Shown in pieces: positions 8,973 through 18,161 of a DNA stretch of 64,000 nt (positions within the stretch are counted from its first letter, which is position 1; the number at the start of each line of letters is the position of its first letter). The notes below the pieces were generated by a model. That model was not told the DNA's origin. It worked only from the letters and a program-made list of their open reading frames with translations, and ran no database searches. The position numbers were made by a program, and so were the translations under genes. Source of the DNA: Calditrichia bacterium (GTDB lineage Bacteria; Calditrichota; Calditrichia; Calditrichales; J004); the NCBI GenBank assembly GCA_020635035.1, contig JACKAO010000006.1, forward strand, positions 57,583 through 121,582, written 5' to 3'.

Positions 8973-11147
8973 ATGGAAATGAATGTAGTCTTTGCCGTTG
9001 TCAGCGCAATACTGGCGTTGCTTTTTGCTTTTTTCCGTTCATCTCAGATCAAAAAGAAAGATGCCGGAACAGATGATATGAAAAAAATTTCCAGTCATAT
9101 CCGTGAAGGTGCCATGGCTTTTTTGAAAGCTGAGTACAGGGTTCTGGCAATTTTTGTTGTTGTTGTTGCAGTGTTATTGGGTGTTTCTGCAGACCCGGTT
9201 AATTCATCTGCTTTAGTTGCATTGTCGTTTATAACAGGGGCTTTATGCTCAGGCTTAGCCGGTTTCTTTGGGATGCGCGTTGCTACAAGTGCCAATGTAC
9301 GCACAACTAATGCTGCACGCACAGGTTTAGGACAAGCGCTTGAAGTTGCTTTTGCCGGTGGTTCTGTTATGGGTTTGGTTGTTGTTGGGTTAGGTGTTTT
9401 AGGGCTGGGGAGCCTTTTTCTGTTTTATGAAAGTTTTTTTGGTGCAGACAATATGGAGCAAATCCTGACAGTTCTGACAGGATTTTCATTTGGTGCTTCT
9501 TCTATTGCGTTGTTTGCCCGTGTAGGCGGCGGTATTTACACAAAAGCTGCTGATGTCGGCGCTGACCTTGTTGGAAAAGTTGAAGCCGGAATACCTGAAG
9601 ATCATCCTTTAAATCCTGCAACAATTGCTGATAATGTTGGTGACAACGTAGGTGATGTTGCCGGAATGGGTGCTGACCTTTTTGAATCCTATGTTGGATC
9701 TATTATTGGAACAATGGTTCTTGGGGCAGCATTTATGAGTATCCCTGCTTTTCAACAGGCTGGAAATTTAAATGCAATACTTTTACCGCTTGTTCTTGCC
9801 GGAACGGGTATTTTAACATCAATTCTGGGAACTTTTTTTGTAAGAGTGAAAGAAGGCGGTAATCCACAGAAAGCACTCAATATCGGAGAATTTGGATCAT
9901 CCATAGTGATGGTGATTGCATCTTATTTTATCATTGACAAGATGCTGCCGGCGAATTGGACTTTTAATGATATTACTTATTCATCTACTGGTGTGTTTTA
10001 TGCAACCTTGTTTGGCTTGGCTGCAGGATTAATAATTGGTATGGTCACCGAGTATTATACAGGAACCGGTAAGAAACCAGTCAGGGAAATTGCTGAACAA
10101 TCCGTAACAGGATCTGCAACAAATATTATAGCCGGTCTTGGTGTTGGTATGGTTTCCACAGCAATACCAATTATTGTGATTGCCGTTTCAATTATCGCAG
10201 CTTATGAATTTGCCGGATTGTATGGAATTGCAATTGCTGCTGTTGGAATGCTCTCAAATACGGGTATTCAGCTTGCTGTAGATGCTTATGGTCCAATTTC
10301 GGATAACGCCGGTGGTATTGCAGAAATGTCTGAATTGCCTTCAGAAGTCCGTAAAAGAACGGATAAACTGGATGCTGTTGGTAACACAACCGCAGCAATT
10401 GGAAAAGGGTTTGCCATTGGATCAGCTGCTCTGACAGCATTAGCATTGTTCGCTGCATTTATCACTGCTTACAACCATTCACATAAAGGTAATATTTTAG
10501 ATTCCATCAATATTACAGATCCAAAAGTGATGGCTGCACTTTTTGTAGGCGCAATGATGCCTTTCCTGTTTTCTTCATTTGCTATGAAAGCAGTTGGCCG
10601 CGCGGCCATGTCGATGATTCAGGAAGTTCGGAGACAATTTTCAACAATTCCGGAACTGAAAGCGGCTCTCTCGATGATGCAGAAAAATAATGGTGTGGAT
10701 TTTGAAAAGTGGTCTTCCGACGATCAGAAAACTTTTGAAAATGCGCATGGGAAAGCTGAATACGGAAAATGCGTGGAAATCTCAACAGCTGCGTCTATTA
10801 AAGAAATGGTAATTCCCGGTTTGCTGGCTGTTATTGTTCCTGTACTTTTCGGATTTATTGGTGGCGCTTCCATGCTCGGTGGTCTGTTGGCAGGTGTAAC
10901 AGCGTCTGGTGTATTAATGGCTTTGTTCCAGTCAAATGCAGGTGGAGCTTGGGATAATGCTAAAAAAATGATTGAAGAAGGAATCACCATCGATAATCAA
11001 AAATACGGCAAAGGATCTGATCCGCATAAAGCTGCAGTCGTTGGTGATACAGTTGGTGATCCGTTTAAAGATACAGCCGGTCCGTCGCTTAATATTTTGA
11101 TAAAATTAATGTCGGTTGTTGCTTTGGTTATTGCTCCGTTGATATAA
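8973..11147 (+). CDS. hppA: membrane-bound (H+/Na+)-translocating pyrophosphatase, K+-dependent subtype
   Basis: 724 aa, polytopic. DNVGDNVGD and [11 protein letters not shown] motifs. [10 protein letters not shown] has Ala rather than Lys at the K+-dependence position. Confidence 0.9.
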   Translation: MEMNVVFAVVSAILALLFAFFRSSQIKKKDAGTDDMKKISSHIREGAMAFLKAEYRVLAIFVVVVAVLLGVSADPVNSSALVALSFITGALCSGLAGFFGMRVATSANVRTTNAARTGLGQALEVAFAGGSVMGLVVVGLGVLGLGSLFLFYESFFGADNMEQILTVLTGFSFGASSIALFARVGGGIYTKAADVGADLVGKVEAGIPEDHPLNPATIADNVGDNVGDVAGMGADLFESYVGSIIGTMVLGAAFMSIPAFQQAGNLNAILLPLVLAGTGILTSILGTFFVRVKEGGNPQKALNIGEFGSSIVMVIASYFIIDKMLPANWTFNDITYSSTGVFYATLFGLAAGLIIGMVTEYYTGTGKKPVREIAEQSVTGSATNIIAGLGVGMVSTAIPIIVIAVSIIAAYEFAGLYGIAIAAVGMLSNTGIQLAVDAYGPISDNAGGIAEMSELPSEVRKRTDKLDAVGNTTAAIGKGFAIGSAALTALALFAAFITAYNHSHKGNILDSINITDPKVMAALFVGAMMPFLFSSFAMKAVGRAAMSMIQEVRRQFSTIPELKAALSMMQKNNGVDFEKWSSDDQKTFENAHGKAEYGKCVEISTAASIKEMVIPGLLAVIVPVLFGFIGGASMLGGLLAGVTASGVLMALFQSNAGGAWDNAKKMIEEGITIDNQKYGKGSDPHKAAVVGDTVGDPFKDTAGPSLNILIKLMSVVALVIAPLI

Positions 11148-11185
11148 AAAAGAATATTGAAAACTTTGTTAATTAACTAAATCCT

Positions 11186-11211
11186 GTTCTGTCTGTCAGC
11201 CCGGGCAGAAC
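11186..11211 (+). promoter_or_regulatory. 5'-UTR hairpin upstream of rpsF (possible S6:S18 autoregulatory leader)
   Basis: About 10-bp imperfect stem GTTCTGTCTG / CGGGCAGAAC around a 6-nt loop. No T-run. Ends 13 nt before the AAGGAGG Shine-Dalgarno of rpsF. Confidence 0.25.
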
Positions 11212-11232
11212 CAAATGTCCAAAGGAGGAAAC

Positions 11233-11658
11233 ATGGCTATCTACGAAACAGTAGTTATACTGGATAGTTTACTGCCGCCGAAAGAAATCGATGATTTTGT
11301 TGAACGCTGCTCATCGGTTATTGCTGAACATGGCGGTAAAGTCAGAACCATTGAAAAATGGGGAAAAAGACGCCTTGCCTATGAAATCCAGAAGAAACAA
11401 TATGGATTTTATTTTTCTGTAGAATTTGAAGGCGAAGGTGAAATTCCTGCAATTTTGCAGAGTGAATACAATTTTAATGATAATGTTTTGCGCTATCTGA
11501 CATATCGTTATGATAAACATAAATTGCAGTCAATGTCTTCACAGAAGCCATCTGCTAAACCGGTTGAAGTAAGAAGCTCTGCACCGGCAGAGGCAGAACC
11601 TGTGAAAAAAGTTGAAAAAGCTTCAGAAGTTGATGAAAAAAACGAAGAGGAGGCCTAA
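11233..11658 (+). CDS. rpsF: 30S ribosomal protein S6 (with Lys/Glu/Ala-rich C-terminal extension)
   Basis: The MAIYETVVILD N-terminus is canonical. The ATG at 11233 is preceded by AAGGAGG, so it is preferred over the listed 11215. Confidence 0.9.
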   Translation: MAIYETVVILDSLLPPKEIDDFVERCSSVIAEHGGKVRTIEKWGKRRLAYEIQKKQYGFYFSVEFEGEGEIPAILQSEYNFNDNVLRYLTYRYDKHKLQSMSSQKPSAKPVEVRSSAPAEAEPVKKVEKASEVDEKNEEEA

Positions 11659-11886
11659 ATGTATAAGCAAAAAAGACGCAGAAATTGCCCCTTTGCCCAG
11701 GCAGGGATCGTTTATATCGACTTTAAAGACGAAAAATTATTAAAAAAGTATCTCACTGAACAAGGCAAAATAATACCACGGCATACTTCCGGCGCATCTG
11801 CTAAAATGCAGAGACAGCTGGCGCGTGCTGTAAAACGTGCACGTCACCTGGCATTATTACCTTATTCAGCTGACTTTACCCGTTAA
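11659..11886 (+). CDS. rpsR: 30S ribosomal protein S18
   Basis: 75 aa. IDFKD...L..Y..E.GKI.PR..TG...K.QR.L..A.KRAR motif. Starts directly after the rpsF stop. Confidence 0.9.
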   Translation: MYKQKRRRNCPFAQAGIVYIDFKDEKLLKKYLTEQGKIIPRHTSGASAKMQRQLARAVKRARHLALLPYSADFTR

Positions 11887-11909
11887 TCTTTAAACAAAAG
11901 GAAAAGAGC

Positions 11910-12353
11910 ATGAAAGTTTTATTGCGCGAAGATTATAAAGGTTTGGGTGAAGCTGGAGCTGTTGTAAAAGTAAAAGATGGTTTTGCCCGAAACTTTTTGA
12001 TTCCACAGGGAATTGCTTATATCGCTACAGATCAGAACCAAAAGCGATATGAAAATGATTTGAAACAACAAAGCTGGCGCACAGAACGTGATAAACATAA
12101 AGCGGAAGAGCTGGCCAAAACACTGGAAAATGTTTCTTGTACAATTTCAGTTCAGGTTGGTGAAGAAGATAAGCTTTTTGGTTCTGTAACTGCTCAGAAT
12201 ATTGCCGACAATTTAGCTGAACAAGGCTATAAAATTGATCGTCGTAAAATTCAGCTTGATGAACCCATTAAATCACTTGGCATTTACTCTGTAGGAATTA
12301 AATTACACCAGGATGTTGACGCTTCAGTCAAAGTCTGGGTTGTTAAAGAGTAG
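11910..12353 (+). CDS. rplI: 50S ribosomal protein L9
   Basis: MKVLLRED...G..G.VV.VKDGFARNFLIPQG N-terminus is canonical L9. Confidence 0.9.
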   Translation: MKVLLREDYKGLGEAGAVVKVKDGFARNFLIPQGIAYIATDQNQKRYENDLKQQSWRTERDKHKAEELAKTLENVSCTISVQVGEEDKLFGSVTAQNIADNLAEQGYKIDRRKIQLDEPIKSLGIYSVGIKLHQDVDASVKVWVVKE

Positions 12354-12365
12354 AACAAATATAAG

Positions 12366-12403
12366 CCGATTCCATTTTAGGGCTGATGGAATCGGTTTTT
12401 TTT
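12366..12403 (+). terminator. rho-independent terminator of rpsF-rpsR-rplI
   Basis: Perfect 10-bp stem CCGATTCCAT/ATGGAATCGG (12366-12375 / 12386-12395), 10-nt loop, then TTTTTTTT. Confidence 0.75.
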
Positions 12404-12406
12404 AAT

Positions 12407-14851
12407 ATGCAATTTGCAGAAGTCGTTTTCAATCTTCCACTTAATCATTCCTTTACATACGGTATCCCGCCAGTTTACAGTTTTTTAACTCCCGGCTACA
12501 GAGTTCTTGTTCCGTTTGGCAAAAGAGTCATTACCGGCGTTGTTACGGCAATCAAAGAAAAAAGTGAGTTTAAAAGCGTTAAAGATATTATCGATGTATT
12601 AGATGAAAAAGCTCTTATAAAACCGCAAATGCTTGAGTTAACAAAGTGGATATCTGAGTACTATCTGTCTTCCTGGGGCCAGGCTGTTCAGCTTGCATTA
12701 CCAAAAGGACTTGATGAATTTGAATCGGAAAGAATACACATTGTTGAAGAAAAAGCAGACGCTGATTTATCAGAAAAACAACGGGAATTATATTTTTTGA
12801 TAGCCGATAATCCAGGCCAGTCAAAGACATATTACCGCAAAAAATTCGGCACATCTTCATTTTACAGTGTTTTAAATATCCTGAAAAACAAAAACCTGGT
12901 CTATGCCGAAGTTGAAAAAAAGTCAGCAAGTGTAGGTACTTTGTTACGTGATTTTGTAATTGTTCCGAAAGATTATAACTCTATTAAATCAAAATCCCCT
13001 GATTTTTTAAAATATACAAATAAACGCCCGGAAATTGATGCATTCCTGCAACTGCATTCAGGATCAAATATACTTGTTAGTGACTTCTTAAAGCATACAA
13101 AGATGGCACGTGCAACCTTACAGAAAATGCATCAATATAATATAATTAAGATTGAACAATTGGCAGTTGACCGAAAACCCGAAGTGAGTTTTTCGGAAAA
13201 AAAACAGGATTTTATTCTGGTACCGGAACAATTGGCAGTTTTGGAAAAGCTTAAAGATGCAGTCGATAAAAACAGCTATAAATCATTTTTACTGCATGGC
13301 ATAACCGGCAGCGGGAAAACCGTAGTATATATTGAAATCCTTAAAAAAATAATCAGCCTTGGGAAGAGTGCTGTCATTTTAATTCCTGAAATTGCTTTAA
13401 CACCCCAAACTGTATCCCGTTTTGAAGCGGCGTTTAATGAAGAAATCGCTGTTTTTCACAGCAAGATGTCAGCAGGGCAGCGTTATGATGCTTGGATGGC
13501 TTGTTACAAAGGGCAGGTTAAAATAGTAATTGGTCCCCGGTCAGCGCTGTTTGCTCCTCTTGAAAATCTGGGTCTGATTGTTGTGGATGAAGAACATGAG
13601 CAAAGTTATAAACAAACAGAATCTGCTCCGTTATATCATGCGCGTGATGTTGCACTTTATTGGGCTAAAATGCATGAAGCTGTTGTTGTTTTAGGATCTG
13701 CAACGCCAAGTTTTGAGAGCTATTATAATGCCCAAAACCAGCGTCATGAACTTTTAGAAATAAAAAACCGTGCAACAAAAGCTTTACTACCTGAAGTCCA
13801 TTTGGTGGATATGCGAAAGAGCAGGGGCAGAGATACGCAAAATCATGTCTTTTCTCCATTACTTCTGGATAAAATGAAATTTACTTTATCTGCAGGTGAA
13901 CAAGTTATTTTGATGCAGAACAGGCGTGGATTTGCATCGTTTCAGCAATGTATGAACTGCGGGTTTATTCCAAAATGCACGGAATGTGAAGTTAGCCTGA
14001 CTTATCACACATTTGATAATAAACTAAGGTGTCATTATTGTGGATTAACTATATCTGCTTCAGTACAATGTGCCAATTGCGGTAGTGATGATATTGATAA
14101 CAAAGGTATTGGTACCCAAAGAATTCAGGATGAATTGGCAAGTCATTTTCCTGACGCAAACGTGCTTAGGATGGATCAGGATACAACCCGTGGAAAAAAC
14201 GCCCATGACCAGCTTTTGTCTGCCTTTCGTGAGCATAAAGCAGATATTTTGCTGGGGACTCAAATGATCGCAAAGGGGCTTGATTTTGAAAACGTAACTT
14301 TGGTTGGAGTAATCTCTGCCGATGTAGGGCTTGGGATCCCCGATTTTCGTTCCGGAGAACGCATCTTCCAGCTTCTATCGCAGGTTGCAGGCCGGTCCGG
14401 GAGGGGAAGTAAACCAGGGCAGGTGGTAATACAGACCTATCAAATCGAGCATTATGCAATTCAGTTTGCAAAGGATCATGATTACCGGGGCTTTTATTCA
14501 AATGAAATAAAACACCGTGAAGTTTATAATTATCCACCCTTTAACAGGATGATTCAGATAACCGTTTCTTCAGCAAATATTTCTGATGCAATTTCAAGGG
14601 CACGGGATATTGCTATCCCCATTCGGAAAAATGGTGTCTATATTTGTGACGTGATAGGACCGGCACCGGCTACAATTTCGAAATTAAAAAATCTTTACAG
14701 ATGGCAAATTAGTCTTAAAATAAATCGCAAATATGATCCTTCAGGGATAAAAACAAAAGAATTATTACAAAATGTGCTTAAACCATATACATCAGCAAAA
14801 AACAATAATATCTTTTTAAATGTCGATGTTGACCCTGCTTTTGGTACTTAG
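12407..14851 (+). CDS. priA: primosomal protein N' (replication restart helicase PriA)
   Basis: GITGSGKT Walker A, VVDEEH DExH box, and a double CxxC zinc-binding insert (CMNCG...CTEC...CHYCG...CANCG). The listed ATG at 12386 lies inside the terminator stem, so the ATG at 12407 is preferred. Confidence 0.9.
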   Translation: MQFAEVVFNLPLNHSFTYGIPPVYSFLTPGYRVLVPFGKRVITGVVTAIKEKSEFKSVKDIIDVLDEKALIKPQMLELTKWISEYYLSSWGQAVQLALPKGLDEFESERIHIVEEKADADLSEKQRELYFLIADNPGQSKTYYRKKFGTSSFYSVLNILKNKNLVYAEVEKKSASVGTLLRDFVIVPKDYNSIKSKSPDFLKYTNKRPEIDAFLQLHSGSNILVSDFLKHTKMARATLQKMHQYNIIKIEQLAVDRKPEVSFSEKKQDFILVPEQLAVLEKLKDAVDKNSYKSFLLHGITGSGKTVVYIEILKKIISLGKSAVILIPEIALTPQTVSRFEAAFNEEIAVFHSKMSAGQRYDAWMACYKGQVKIVIGPRSALFAPLENLGLIVVDEEHEQSYKQTESAPLYHARDVALYWAKMHEAVVVLGSATPSFESYYNAQNQRHELLEIKNRATKALLPEVHLVDMRKSRGRDTQNHVFSPLLLDKMKFTLSAGEQVILMQNRRGFASFQQCMNCGFIPKCTECEVSLTYHTFDNKLRCHYCGLTISASVQCANCGSDDIDNKGIGTQRIQDELASHFPDANVLRMDQDTTRGKNAHDQLLSAFREHKADILLGTQMIAKGLDFENVTLVGVISADVGLGIPDFRSGERIFQLLSQVAGRSGRGSKPGQVVIQTYQIEHYAIQFAKDHDYRGFYSNEIKHREVYNYPPFNRMIQITVSSANISDAISRARDIAIPIRKNGVYICDVIGPAPATISKLKNLYRWQISLKINRKYDPSGIKTKELLQNVLKPYTSAKNNNIFLNVDVDPAFGT

Positions 14852-14916
14852 AATGTTTGCAATACAAGCATTTAATATGTAATGTTCACTTTTCCTGAAT
14901 AAGACACAAAATCTAT

Positions 14917-16155
14917 ATGAGCAAGTATCTAGAACAAAAAAAAGAATCCATTGTACGTGTAAACCGAATCATCGATAATTTACAATCGGTTCAGGATGTA
15001 AAAGAGATTCTTGAAAAGTATAAATTTAAGCATGATAAGCTTTTAAAGCAGTATGAAAAGCTAAGCCGTGTTTTTGAGTTTCATAAGGGCATTATTCAGA
15101 ATATTTCCAGCGGTATTATTACAATAGATCTTTCCGGGAATATTACTTTTATGAATTCTACAGCTTTGGAAATGATTGCCAACAAATCGGAAAATATGCT
15201 TGGCAAATCAATGGAGATGTTATTTGCTGACCGGGAAGAAGGACATCTTATTATCAATCAATTGCTGAAGCTTAATAAAATGTTTGAAAGCCGGGAAGCA
15301 ACCCTGGTTGATATTAATGGCGAAATAATCCCGATTGGATTCAGCACGACGCCGTTGCGTGAAAATAATTCTGACGGGACTACCGGGTATATATTTATTT
15401 TCAGGGATATCCGGGAGTTGATAAACTTCAGGAAGCAAATGGAACGCATGGATCGACTTGCCACTCTTGGTGAACTCTCGGCAGGAATTGCCCATGAAAT
15501 ACGTAATCCTTTAGCCGGGATTAAAACATCTGCACAGGTGCTGGAAGAAAGTTTTAGCCCGGGTGATTTCAGAGCACAATTGATTTCACGCATAGTTAAA
15601 GAAATCGATCGCAGCAATAAGCTGTTGCAGCGCTTTTTTAATTTTGCAAAACCAAGCCGTCCAAAACCGGGGTTTCATCAATTGCAGAATATTGTTGACG
15701 GGGTTTATTTGCTACTCGCGCCGAAAATGGCCAAGCGTAAAATTAAATTTCATACTTCCTTTGACGAACATTTACCGTCCATCTATATTGATGAAAGCCA
15801 GTTCGAGCAGGTAATTCTTAACCTTTTTCTTAATGCGATTGATGCAATGCCTGATGGCGGTGATTTGAATGTAAGTGCGGTATTTGACAAATCCATAATC
15901 CTTAATGAAGCACCGGATAACCCCGGTGCAATCATTATAGCTGTTTCGGATACAGGCAGGGGAATATCACCTGAAAAAATTGAGAAAATATTTAATCCGT
16001 TTTATACTTCTAAAAGTGATGGCGTCGGATTGGGACTATCAATTAGTTCACGTCTGCTGGAAGAGAATCAATCGCGTATTGAAGTTCAGTCGGAGCCGCA
16101 AAAAGGGGCAACATTTACAATTTACCTTCCACATGTGAAAAATAATCAGGAGTGA
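14917..16155 (+). CDS. soluble PAS-domain sensor histidine kinase
   Basis: No TM segment. N-terminal coiled coil plus PAS. HisKA H-box AHEIRNPL. HATPase_c N, G1 and G2 boxes (NLFLNAIDAM, DTGRGI, GVGLGLSI). Confidence 0.85.
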   Translation: MSKYLEQKKESIVRVNRIIDNLQSVQDVKEILEKYKFKHDKLLKQYEKLSRVFEFHKGIIQNISSGIITIDLSGNITFMNSTALEMIANKSENMLGKSMEMLFADREEGHLIINQLLKLNKMFESREATLVDINGEIIPIGFSTTPLRENNSDGTTGYIFIFRDIRELINFRKQMERMDRLATLGELSAGIAHEIRNPLAGIKTSAQVLEESFSPGDFRAQLISRIVKEIDRSNKLLQRFFNFAKPSRPKPGFHQLQNIVDGVYLLLAPKMAKRKIKFHTSFDEHLPSIYIDESQFEQVILNLFLNAIDAMPDGGDLNVSAVFDKSIILNEAPDNPGAIIIAVSDTGRGISPEKIEKIFNPFYTSKSDGVGLGLSISSRLLEENQSRIEVQSEPQKGATFTIYLPHVKNNQE

Positions 16156-16157
16156 GC

Positions 16158-16523
16158 ATGGCAAGGCGTCTACTTATTGTTGATGATGAAGAGACATTAA
16201 CCTTCAGTTTGTATCAGAGTTTTATATTATCTAAGAAAGACTATGAAGTTGCTACAGCATCTTCTGGGGAAGAAGCTCTGGATAAAATGAAGGAAGAACC
16301 ATATGATCTGGTTATTACAGATATTTTTATGGGGGGGATGAGCGGTATTGAACTGCTTAAAATTGTAAAAGACGAGTATCCGCAAACAGAAGTAATTGTA
16401 ATGACTGCCTATGGTTCAAACTCCAAAAAGGATGAAGTGGAAGAACTGGGTGCAAAACATTATGTAGAAAAGCCTTTCGAAATGAAAAATCTTCGTGAAA
16501 TGGTCTTTGGAATTTTAGGATAG
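16158..16523 (+). CDS. stand-alone response-regulator receiver (CheY-like)
   Basis: LLIVDDEE, LVITDIFM, VIVMTAYG and YVEKPF receiver signature. The ATG at 16158 lies 5 nt after AGGAG. Coupled to the kinase stop. Confidence 0.85.
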   Translation: MARRLLIVDDEETLTFSLYQSFILSKKDYEVATASSGEEALDKMKEEPYDLVITDIFMGGMSGIELLKIVKDEYPQTEVIVMTAYGSNSKKDEVEELGAKHYVEKPFEMKNLREMVFGILG

Positions 16524-16525
16524 TC

Positions 16526-17176
16526 ATGGCGTTAATTGGAAATTTAAAGGATATAAAACTTCCAAGCCTAATACAGTTAAATTGTATGGAGCGCAACAAT
16601 GCTAAACTTACTATTGAACGTAGTGGTAAATTTGGTTTTATTTACTTTGAAGGTGGTCAGGTAACCCATGCCGAATTTGAACCATATCTTGGTGAAGAAG
16701 CTGTATTTAAATTGTTAAGCTTACCGGAAGCAAGGTTTAAAGTTGAAAGTGATGTTAAACCACCTGTTCGTACGATTCAGACAAACTGGAGCAATCTGCT
16801 TTTAGATGGATTAAATAAACTGGACCATTCCCAGGATGAAGCGGAAAACCAGTATTACAGGCTATTTGAAAGATTGATGACAATTAAAGGGGCGGTATCT
16901 GTAAGTTTAATAAGTGAAGACGGACATTTGATTGATCAGGGGCAGCATCCCGATAGTGTTAAAAAAGATCCCAACGCTGCTTTTATAATGTTACAGGCGA
17001 AAAAGATGGCAAAAACACTGGATCTGGATAATCCTGAGTTCGTCAGCATCTTTAGCGGGCAACAGCGATACATCATAATTCTATTTCATCAGCACTATAT
17101 TTTAATGCAAATGGATAAAAAGGTTAAAAGCGAAGTCGTTATGCCGCTTATAAAACAGGCCATAGGGAAAAAATGA
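16526..17176 (+). CDS. DUF4388 (PATAN-like) domain protein with C-terminal roadblock/LC7-like domain
   Basis: N-terminus GNL..I.LPSLIQL......AKLTIE..G..G.IYFEGGQV.HAE.....GEEAVFKLL matches the DUF4388 pattern as I recall it. C-terminal half IKGAVSVSLISEDGHLI...FVSIFSG..RYIIILF is roadblock-like. Confidence 0.6.
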   Translation: MALIGNLKDIKLPSLIQLNCMERNNAKLTIERSGKFGFIYFEGGQVTHAEFEPYLGEEAVFKLLSLPEARFKVESDVKPPVRTIQTNWSNLLLDGLNKLDHSQDEAENQYYRLFERLMTIKGAVSVSLISEDGHLIDQGQHPDSVKKDPNAAFIMLQAKKMAKTLDLDNPEFVSIFSGQQRYIIILFHQHYILMQMDKKVKSEVVMPLIKQAIGKK

Positions 17177-17628
17177 ATAAAGATACTGTTATGATTGAAC
17201 GCTGGCTGACGGAAATAAATACTCTTCCCGGGGTTGAAACTGTCTTTATTGCTTCCGGCAGGGGCTCTGTTTTATATAATGCCGGGAAACTGAAATTATC
17301 GTCAAAAGAGCTGGAAGATATTGCTTTACGTGTATTGCGCATCGGGGCATTATTCAATGAAAAAGACGAAAACGTTTCAGAAATTGAATTATTTTGGAAA
17401 AATGTTTTTATTATTAGTAAAATCTCCAACAACATTTTATTAACAACAATTTGCCAGAATCCGAAAATTTTGCCTTTGTTGCGAATAACGCTTAACGTCA
17501 GTTTATCGCATCTTTTGCAAGAAAAGAAAATCATAAAGCAGGCAAAAAATCACGCTACTGATAAAACACTTGTTCTAAGAAAAGGCAAATTTGATGAAGA
17601 CGAGCTAAGTCTTTTATCAAGCATTTAG
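17173..17628 (+). CDS. roadblock/LC7-like protein (divergent)
   Basis: LPGVETVFIASGRGSVLY...IELFWKNVFIISKI follows the roadblock alpha-beta-alpha pattern. ATGA overlap with the upstream gene. Confidence 0.45.
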   Translation: MNKDTVMIERWLTEINTLPGVETVFIASGRGSVLYNAGKLKLSSKELEDIALRVLRIGALFNEKDENVSEIELFWKNVFIISKISNNILLTTICQNPKILPLLRITLNVSLSHLLQEKKIIKQAKNHATDKTLVLRKGKFDEDELSLLSSI

Positions 17629-17668
17629 AGCTGAGATTCACAAATAAGTATCCCATACAGGATTTTAA

Positions 17669-18160
17669 TTGGCCAATAGTTTAAACGGCAGGTTTCTATC
17701 GCAACCCTATGTGGTTTATAAAAAATCAGATATAAAATCTGCTTCAGGATTAAATTTGCGTTCAGCAGAATGGATGGTCCTTACCCAGGTAAATGGCAGC
17801 CAGTCGATACAAGAGATTGCTTCTGTGGCTGCTATGCAGGTAGCTGATGTTGTTAAGATTATGAGTAATCTTTTTCAATTGGGTTTGATTGAAGTTTTTA
17901 AAACCGAAAAAAAAGAAGAAAACCTTTTAGGAGCATCATTTTTTAATAATATGGAAAGTGTTTTAGTAAAAATTATTGGACCGGTGGCACCCTTTGTTAT
18001 AGAAGATGTTTTATCTGATATAAATCTAAGCCGCACAAAATACCCATCAGAGAGAGTTGCAGAACTTATTGAACTTATATCAGACGAGATTCATGATGAA
18101 GTAAAAAAGATAAAATTTCAATCAGAAATGCTGGAGTTTATCAAAAGGGAATTAATCTGA
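17669..18160 (+). CDS. hypothetical protein with winged-helix-like segment (DUF742/CvnC-like pattern)
   Basis: TTG start. The segment EWMVLTQVNGSQSIQEIASVAAMQVADVVKIMSNLFQLGLIEV has the helix-turn-helix spacing seen in DUF742-type conservon proteins. This is weak, pattern-level recognition only. Confidence 0.35.
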   Translation: MANSLNGRFLSQPYVVYKKSDIKSASGLNLRSAEWMVLTQVNGSQSIQEIASVAAMQVADVVKIMSNLFQLGLIEVFKTEKKEENLLGASFFNNMESVLVKIIGPVAPFVIEDVLSDINLSRTKYPSERVAELIELISDEIHDEVKKIKFQSEMLEFIKRELI

Positions 18161-18161
18161 T

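Noticed and set aside
11215-11232. Listed rpsF start at 11215 (MSKGGN...).
   Set aside because: The AAGGAGG Shine-Dalgarno lies inside those codons, and the canonical S6 N-terminus MAIYE begins at 11233.
11659-14851. Significance of rpsF-rpsR-rplI lacking an ssb/priB gene between S6 and S18 and being followed by priA.
   Set aside because: Absence of priB/ssb at this position is common outside Proteobacteria and Firmicutes. A strong terminator separates rplI from priA, so the adjacency is probably coincidental.
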